DNA of 64,000 nt, from contig CAVWMN010000010.1 of assembly GCA_963756115.1 (NCBI GenBank), forward strand, positions 688,109 to 752,108. The letters run 5' to 3'. The stretch is from an uncultured Flavobacteriaceae bacterium. Its GTDB lineage: Bacteria > Bacteroidota > Bacteroidia > Flavobacteriales > Flavobacteriaceae. The notes below the pieces were generated by a model that was not told where the DNA came from, searched no databases, and worked only from the letters and a program-made list of their open reading frames with translations. How positions within the stretch are numbered: the first letter of the stretch is position 1; each line of letters opens with the position of its first letter. Shown one piece after another: positions 58,130 to 64,000 of this stretch. The position numbers were made by a program, and so were the translations under genes.

Positions 58130-59281
58130 ATGAAACACTGCAGATACGGAAAAGGTATAATCACCAGGCTATGGGATAAATGCATGCAATTCCTGATTCG
58201 CGTTCACAACCCGGGTTTACAGGTACGTTTTGCATCCCTACTGGTTTTAACGTTGTTCTACCCTTCAGGAAATAGCCTTAGCGCACAGGCGCCTGCACTG
58301 TTTGGTAGCGATGAAATCCTGGAACTCACCCTTCATGCCGACCTTAAAGATATCTTCCGTGACCGGGGAGACGATTCTCCCTACCACCCGGCATCAGTAA
58401 CGTATCAGGAGGGTGGAAAATCAATGCATATCCCTATGAGGGCCAAGACGCGGGGTCATTTCCGGAAGATGGCGGCCAATTGCAAATATCCGCCCATCCT
58501 GCTTAACTTCGATTCTATCCATACCCCCGGCCAATCCATCTTCCAGGGACAGGATAAATTGAAACTGGTTACCCCATGCCGAGGAGATGAATACGTGGTC
58601 CATGAATACCTTGTTTATAAATTATACAACCTGGTCACACCAAAAAGCTTTTTGGCCCGACTCGTTAAAGTGGTGTATCGCGACAGTGTGAAGGATAAGG
58701 TATCCGATCGCTATTACGGAATCCTACTTGAAGATGAAGATCAAATGGCCCAGAGGAATGGTACCAATATCATTAAAATCCAGGGATTGCGTCCGGAGAG
58801 CACGCAAAAGGAAGATTTCCTGAAAATGGCTGTTTTCCAGTATATGATCGGTAATACGGATTGGTCGGTACAGTTCCGGCAGAATATAAAACTGATCGCG
58901 ACGGACCCCAAAAGCCTCCCTTATACCGTGCCTTATGATTTTGACCATGCAGGGATCGTGCAGGCACCCTATGCCAACCCGGCACCTGAACTGCGTATGA
59001 AGTCTACCCGGGATCGCAGGTACCGGGGCCATTGTCTCCCGGATATGAATGAATTCACCCCGGTCATTGATATGTTTAACCGGTTGAAAGAAGGTATATA
59101 TGCTGTCTACACCGCTAACCAATTTGTGAGCGATAGTTACCGGAATCAGACCATTGCCTTCCTTGACAAATTCTATGAAACCATCAACGACCCTGAAGAA
59201 ATGGAAAAGGCATTCAGTTATCCCTGTGATCGTTCCGGGACCGGAAATGTGGTGATCCAGGGTTTGAAAAAAAATGATTAA
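58130..59281 (+). CDS. Hypothetical secreted protein with weak CotH-like pattern
   Basis: 383-aa ORF. The start at 58184 (MQFLIR...LSAQ) gives a cleaner signal peptide. The segment FQYMIGNTDWS...QNIKLIATDPKSLPYTVPYDFDHAG has the spacing of the CotH motif (hNyYlY...PWDxDxxfG). The assignment is tentative. Confidence 0.45.
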   Translation: MKHCRYGKGIITRLWDKCMQFLIRVHNPGLQVRFASLLVLTLFYPSGNSLSAQAPALFGSDEILELTLHADLKDIFRDRGDDSPYHPASVTYQEGGKSMHIPMRAKTRGHFRKMAANCKYPPILLNFDSIHTPGQSIFQGQDKLKLVTPCRGDEYVVHEYLVYKLYNLVTPKSFLARLVKVVYRDSVKDKVSDRYYGILLEDEDQMAQRNGTNIIKIQGLRPESTQKEDFLKMAVFQYMIGNTDWSVQFRQNIKLIATDPKSLPYTVPYDFDHAGIVQAPYANPAPELRMKSTRDRRYRGHCLPDMNEFTPVIDMFNRLKEGIYAVYTANQFVSDSYRNQTIAFLDKFYETINDPEEMEKAFSYPCDRSGTGNVVIQGLKKND

Positions 59282-59467
59282 TTTAACAACTTACCGATTG
59301 CGGGTATAATTGATTTATTGATCTGGTTTTCCGAAAGCGATCCATCAATCGATTATTCAGCTTTATGGTATGTCTGGTGGTGCTGTACTGCCACTGCCTG
59401 ACAATAATGTGCCTGCCCTGTTCAGATAAACTACCGTGTATTTATCTTTAAGAATTCCACCAGTAAA

Positions 59468-60400
59468 ATGCAAAAAAAAATGTACTATATCCGTTTCTTT
59501 CTGATTGCCAGCCTGTCGCTTGTCCTGATTAACTGTGACATGAAAAAGGAAAAAGCCCCCGTAGATTCCGATCCGGTTTCCACTGCGGAGGCGGTGCTTG
59601 CCAAACCAGCTGACAACTGGATTTCAGAGCGCGTTCAAAAATCTCAGGACAGGCTTTCCCCGACAAAGGGTGGGCAACTCCTGTGGCAGGCGATGGAAGC
59701 CCACGGGGGACTAGCAAATTGGTATTCCAAGGGTCCCTTGTATTTCCGGTTCGACTATAAGAACCTTAAGACCGGCGGACCGGATACGTATCAAACCGTG
59801 GACACCTGGTCTGCCCGGGCCCGGCACCAGCTGGCCTCGGAACCGGCAATCGAATATGGATGGGACGGAAACAAGGCCTGGAAATACCCTGCGGCGGCGG
59901 AAATTGCAGAAAACCCAAGGTTTTGGGCACTGACACCTTATTATTTTGTCGGGGTCCCTTTTGTCCTGGCAGACGAAGGGATCCAGCTGGACTATGAAGG
60001 GGAGATCGCCTTTGAGGGAAATACCTATCACCAGGTCCGGGCCACTTTCGGCGACGGGATCGGGGATGCTCCGGAAGATTTCTATGTTGTCTACATAGAT
60101 ACAAAAACATCCAGGGTCGGTGGCCTGCGCTATGTGGTCTCCTACCCCGGATTCTATAAGAAAGGCGAGCATAGTGAAGAAAAGCATATGACCTTTTACG
60201 AAGCACAGCCTGTTGACGGGATTGTATTTCCGAAAACCATCAAAACCTACGCCTGGGACGGTAAACAACCCGGGGAACAGATGGTAAATATTACGATCAC
60301 CGACCTCGCGTTCAAACCAGATACCCTGGATGAATTTTTCAGCATACCGGATGGCAGCCGGGTGATGGAAGGGTATGATTTTGGGGTCAGTGAGCAGTAA
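59468..60400 (+). CDS. Hypothetical lipoprotein
   Basis: 310-aa ORF with a lipobox (LVLINC). It is beta-rich and I recognised no motif. Confidence 0.5.
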   Translation: MQKKMYYIRFFLIASLSLVLINCDMKKEKAPVDSDPVSTAEAVLAKPADNWISERVQKSQDRLSPTKGGQLLWQAMEAHGGLANWYSKGPLYFRFDYKNLKTGGPDTYQTVDTWSARARHQLASEPAIEYGWDGNKAWKYPAAAEIAENPRFWALTPYYFVGVPFVLADEGIQLDYEGEIAFEGNTYHQVRATFGDGIGDAPEDFYVVYIDTKTSRVGGLRYVVSYPGFYKKGEHSEEKHMTFYEAQPVDGIVFPKTIKTYAWDGKQPGEQMVNITITDLAFKPDTLDEFFSIPDGSRVMEGYDFGVSEQ

Positions 60401-60436
60401 ACAGTAATCAGTAATCAGTAATCAGTGAATAGTATC
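60388..60436. repeat. Tandem heptanucleotide array (CAGTRAN)x7: CAGTGAG CAGTAAA CAGTAAT CAGTAAT CAGTAAT CAGTGAA TAGTATC
   Basis: Read directly from the sequence. The first two units cover the last codons and the TAA stop (60398-60400) of the preceding lipoprotein gene. Confidence 0.9.
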
Positions 60437-60468
60437 ACGCCTTCCGAAGCCTCCGGCGGAGGAGGGAG

Positions 60469-60489
60469 CAGTGAACGGTGAACAGTGAA
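60469..60489. repeat. Second heptamer array: CAGTGAA CGGTGAA CAGTGAA
   Basis: Read directly from the sequence. It uses the same unit as the array 32 nt upstream. Confidence 0.85.
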
Positions 60490-60665
60490 CAATATGTTGA
60501 CATTCAAGTTTTAAAATTTAAGGCATACAGTAAATAGATCATGATCAACTTTCAGCCCTTTGTCCTACTCAAAGCCTGTGAAGTATTGAACCCAATGTCT
60601 GGCTGAGCGCCCGGCTTGACCGTTCCGATAGCTATCGGGAGGGCAGTCGAAATCCTTGTAAGTGG

Positions 60666-60699
60666 CAGCTGGCAGTTGCAGTAGGCAGTAAACAGTTGC
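60666..60699. repeat. Degenerate CAG-phased array: CAGCTGG CAGTTG CAGTAGG CAGTAAA CAGTTGC
   Basis: Read directly from the sequence. It ends 18 nt upstream of the ATG at 60718. Confidence 0.7.
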
Positions 60700-60717
60700 A
60701 CCATATAACTTTAGTAT

Positions 60718-61446
60718 ATGAAACCGACGCTCTATAAAGCCTTTTTTTGGATATCGATATTCAGCATTGCCATGGGTTATCTGGAAAGTTCCGTTGTCGT
60801 TTACTTGCGCCAACTTTATTACCCGGATGGGTTCCAATTCCCGCTTAACCCAATGGGAAGGGATATTATTACAGTCGAAATCTGGAGGGAAGCAGCCACC
60901 ATTTTAATGTTGTTGGGAATGGCCATGCTTGCCGGCAAAAACGCTGTTCAGCGATTTGCCATTTTCTTGTTCTCTTTCGCCGTTTGGGACATATTCTACT
61001 ATGTTTTTTTGTATGTACTGCTTGGCTGGCCCCCGTCTTTAATGACCTGGGACGTCCTGTTCCTGATCCCCATACCTTGGCTGGGCCCGGTTTGGTCCGT
61101 ACTTCTCATAGCGATCTTAATGGTTTTCCATTCCTGCTTAATGATATTTTATGATCATTATGGTACTGAGGCCCGGGTCAACCTAAAGGAATGGGTGATA
61201 CTGATGACCGGTTCCCTCCTTGTAATCCTGTCCTGGACCCGGGATTACTTCATTTTCCTTGCCATCTCTAATCCGGATGCACCCTCGTGGTCACTCTATT
61301 CCCCGGAAGCCTTGATTGATGGAACGCGGCAGTACGTCCCCGAATCCTTTAACTGGTACCTTTATGCGTTTGGGTTTTTTATTCTCTTATACGCTATTGT
61401 TTCATACTATTTAAGAAACAAGAATGAATACAGGACGAAAGGATGA
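60718..61446 (+). CDS. Hypothetical polytopic membrane protein
   Basis: 242-aa ORF with about 7 hydrophobic segments and no recognisable family motif. Confidence 0.55.
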   Translation: MKPTLYKAFFWISIFSIAMGYLESSVVVYLRQLYYPDGFQFPLNPMGRDIITVEIWREAATILMLLGMAMLAGKNAVQRFAIFLFSFAVWDIFYYVFLYVLLGWPPSLMTWDVLFLIPIPWLGPVWSVLLIAILMVFHSCLMIFYDHYGTEARVNLKEWVILMTGSLLVILSWTRDYFIFLAISNPDAPSWSLYSPEALIDGTRQYVPESFNWYLYAFGFFILLYAIVSYYLRNKNEYRTKG

Positions 61447-61494
61447 TATGTTCAATGGAATTTCCGCTCATCGCCCCTCCAGGCCAGGCAGATC

Positions 61495-61537
61495 ACTTAA
61501 ATAAATAAGCTGGCAGCGCCCACTGTAACTGCCAGCT
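61495..61537 (-). terminator. Probable rho-independent terminator of the S9 peptidase gene
   Basis: Perfect 9-bp stem, AGCTGGCAG (61508-61516) with CTGCCAGCT (61529-61537), 10 nt after the stop at 61548. On the minus strand it is followed by the T-rich TATTTATTT. Confidence 0.5.
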
Positions 61538-61547
61538 GAAATATCTC

Positions 61548-63611
61548 CTATTCCGGTTTTTTCAGGAGGTTAAGGTCCCCTGCATCCACAATCTGGATGC
61601 TGCTGCCTTCAAAATCCTCTCCAATGTCCTGGTATCTCCCGCCTATATGCTGGGCCAGGAAAACTTCTGACACGGCAAAAAACGAAAGGTTGTTTTCCGG
61701 TCGTGCGAAGCCATGGCCCTCATCAGGGTAAAGCACATAGGTCACGGGTATCTGCTTTTCATTCATCGCTTTAACGATCTGGTCAGACTCTGCCTGCTTT
61801 ACCCTCGGATCATTGGCTCCCTGCCCGATAAGCAAAGGTTTCACAATTTTATCCACACGGTTTAACGGGGAACGGTCTGCCAACAGGGCGGCGCCCTCTT
61901 CGGTGTCCGGATCGCCTATGTGATGGACAAAAACGTCCCGAAAGGATTTCCAGTAAGGCGGTATGGTATTCAGCAACGTTGTGAGGTTGGAGGGCCCTAC
62001 GATATCCACCCCGCAGGCAAAGACCTCTGGGGTATAGGTGAGGCCTACCAGCGTTGCGTAACCTCCATAACTGCCTCCCATGATAGCCACCTGCTCCTTG
62101 TCGGCAATATTTTCTTTCACCATCCAGTTCACCGCATCTATCAGGTCGTCATGCATCTTTCCTGCCCATTCCTCTGCTGCCATATTGACAAAGTCCTTGC
62201 CGAAGCCTGTTGATCCCCTGAAATTTGTGCTGAGCACTACATAGCCCCTGTTGGCCAGCCATTGGTGGATGTTGTCGAATCCAAAATTATCCCTTCCCCA
62301 AGGGCCGCCGTGTACGAGTAAAACGGTAGGTGCCGGCCTGGACGTACGTCCGTTTACGTCCAACTCCCGGGGAATTGTTAAATATGAAACCAGTTTGAGA
62401 CCATCCCTGCTCTCAATTTCGACGGGGTACATATTGGCCAGTTCCACATTGTCAAATTCAGGTTTGGAGGAAACCAGGAGTTCGGCCTTTTTCGCCTCGC
62501 GGTCGTATGTATAATATTTCAGGTATTCCTGTGGCGAGTCATAGGCGAGGATCCAGGTATTATTATCCGTAGAACGGAAATATACACCCAGGTCGCCTTC
62601 TTTAAAGCTGCCAAGATACGCCAGATCGGCTTTTGCTTCTTCCGTAAGCGGCACCCATTTCTTCCGCAAATAATTGGTGGCATATGCCTCAATTTCATAT
62701 GTGGTAGGGTGGATCAGGATATCCGCAATATCGGAATCATCACTTTCTGCTATTACTTCCTTTTTATCGGTTTCCAGGTTCAGGGCATACAGTGCCGCTT
62801 TATCCCTTCCCCTGCTGTCAATCATATAGGCATTCTCATTGTTCTTGTCAAATCCAAAAAAACCAAATGTGAGCATGTCTTCCTGTGGCACCCTGAAATA
62901 TTCCACCCAGGAACCATTTTTATAGTTGTAAACGATCTGCCCGCCTTCAGGATCCGTCCGGGAAGCAAGTCGGATATTGTTGTTGTTATCGGCCACTATC
63001 TGAAGAAAAGCCTCATCTTTTACCACCAGGTCCATGGTATGGGTCTTCAGATTCACCTTGAAGACATCCATATTGGAAGGATCTGAATTATTCAGCTGGA
63101 TAAGTATCTCATCCGGAGTTTCACGGGAAACGCTCAGGATCTCAGCCCTTGGACGAATGATCTTTCCGGTGGCAGGATCGGTAAGGGCCTTACCGTCCGG
63201 GCTTTTGATCTCTTCCTGAGGGGTGAGGTCGGTATCCGTTTTCCCTCCCACATCTACCAGGTGTACGTGCCAGTTTTCATCACCCCCGATGTCCTGTACA
63301 TAGAGTAAATTTCCGGACATATAGCTCCACTGATAGCCCTGTATCCCCCGCAAGGTATCGTTGGTAACGGGCTGCGCACTATCCGGGTTCTCAATAGGCG
63401 CCACCCAAACATTCATAACGCCATTTACAGGCGCCCGGTAACTGAAATACTTGCCATCCGGGCTTATCCTGACCTGTATTTTATCAGGATTCCCAAAAAA
63501 CAATTCCCGGTTTACAAGTTCAGGGACGGAGGTTTCTGCCGTTTGCTTTTCCGTATTGGAACAGCTGAGGAGCAAAAAGCAAAGTGAAATCAACAAAACT
63601 TTGGTTTTCAT
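61548..63611 (-). CDS. S9 family serine peptidase (prolyl oligopeptidase / dipeptidyl aminopeptidase-like) lipoprotein
   Basis: 687-aa ORF with a lipobox (LLLSC), an N-terminal beta-propeller-like region, the nucleophile motif GGSYGGY, and downstream GANDPRV and EGHGF. Confidence 0.9.
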   Translation of the reverse strand: MKTKVLLISLCFLLLSCSNTEKQTAETSVPELVNRELFFGNPDKIQVRISPDGKYFSYRAPVNGVMNVWVAPIENPDSAQPVTNDTLRGIQGYQWSYMSGNLLYVQDIGGDENWHVHLVDVGGKTDTDLTPQEEIKSPDGKALTDPATGKIIRPRAEILSVSRETPDEILIQLNNSDPSNMDVFKVNLKTHTMDLVVKDEAFLQIVADNNNNIRLASRTDPEGGQIVYNYKNGSWVEYFRVPQEDMLTFGFFGFDKNNENAYMIDSRGRDKAALYALNLETDKKEVIAESDDSDIADILIHPTTYEIEAYATNYLRKKWVPLTEEAKADLAYLGSFKEGDLGVYFRSTDNNTWILAYDSPQEYLKYYTYDREAKKAELLVSSKPEFDNVELANMYPVEIESRDGLKLVSYLTIPRELDVNGRTSRPAPTVLLVHGGPWGRDNFGFDNIHQWLANRGYVVLSTNFRGSTGFGKDFVNMAAEEWAGKMHDDLIDAVNWMVKENIADKEQVAIMGGSYGGYATLVGLTYTPEVFACGVDIVGPSNLTTLLNTIPPYWKSFRDVFVHHIGDPDTEEGAALLADRSPLNRVDKIVKPLLIGQGANDPRVKQAESDQIVKAMNEKQIPVTYVLYPDEGHGFARPENNLSFFAVSEVFLAQHIGGRYQDIGEDFEGSSIQIVDAGDLNLLKKPE

Positions 63612-64000
63612 AAGAGCGTTGTTTGAAGTTTATATAAAAATTGAATAAATGGTTTCTCCGGTTGACAGTGGTTCATAAATGTTAAAATCCACATTAAATT
63701 ATTTATCATTAGAATATGGGAGGTAATTTACCACATCATCAAACGATAAGCATGGGATCAACATATGGCATGCATGGGGGAATTATCAATTTACGCAATT
63801 ACAAAAATTATTGCAAGGACCTGGGACGAATGAGGCTATTCACTGTCCGAATGGAGGGATTTACTTAGCGGTGATATCGGCAAGTGTACAATTAAAAAAT
63901 CCTGTCGCCAGCACTATCGAGTGCCTGCGAAGCTGTGCTCTCACCAAGGCCGTGCTTGCCGGCTTGGCAGTGTTATCGTGAGTCTTACAGGTCCAAAGGG

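Noticed and set aside
59308-59354. An AT-rich imperfect 16-bp hairpin (AATTGATTTATTGATC / GATCCATCAATCGATT) 27 nt after the stop at 59281, considered as a terminator.
   Set aside because: It has two mismatches, a 15-nt loop and no following T-run. It may still affect transcription, but the sequence alone does not support a terminator call.
59472-59480. An A9 tract between two in-frame ATGs at the start of the lipoprotein gene, considered as a phase-variation switch.
   Set aside because: About one A9/T9 tract is expected by chance at this base composition. The second ATG (59480) lies immediately after the tract, so slippage need not inactivate the gene.
60388-60699. The heptamer arrays considered as a CRISPR array or other spacer-repeat locus.
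   Set aside because: The units are only 7 nt, directly tandem with no spacers, and no cas genes are present.
60667-61516. A shared 9-mer AGCTGGCAG on both sides of the membrane-protein gene (60667-60675 and 61508-61516), considered as flanking direct repeats of an insertion.
   Set aside because: One chance 9-mer match is expected at roughly this frequency in 64 kb on two strands. The second copy is simply one arm of the terminator hairpin, and no mobility gene is present.

Overview
The window looks like an ordinary chromosomal segment of a Bacteroidota (Bacteroidetes) genome. The supporting evidence is lipoprotein and Sec signal peptides on many ORFs, no Shine-Dalgarno-like spacing, TAnnTTTG '-7' promoter boxes, a fused E1 alpha/beta dehydrogenase, and an HsdR_N-domain gene next to holA. 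About 50 genes are densely packed. I found no rRNA, tRNA, CRISPR array, transposase or integrase. Housekeeping content includes DNA metabolism genes (holA, a UvrD-family helicase, recG, tsaC). It also includes a convergent branched-chain amino-acid supercluster: leuC-leuD-(cimA/leuA-type)-leuB on the + strand facing ilvD-ilvB-(methyltransferase)-ilvN-ilvC-(aldehyde dehydrogenase) on the - strand. A pxpABC 5-oxoprolinase operon is headed by a frameshifted NRAMP-type transporter. Secreted peptidases are numerous: M16, an active M1, an apparently dead M1-like protein, a zinc metalloprotease, M20, S9 and a metzincin lipoprotein. The least ordinary stretch is about 50.5-60.7 kb. It holds a Zn-ribbon/DUF559-like nuclease-fold gene, a Tat-signal PLP aminotransferase, a BKACE (DUF849) gene tightly followed by two divergent GNAT paralogs, several unknown secreted proteins, and CAGTRAA heptamer arrays. 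A second notable gene is an APH-kinase/class-III aminotransferase (phospho-lyase-like) fusion at 9.3-11.5 kb. All functional calls come from motif recognition by eye, because no database search was possible.
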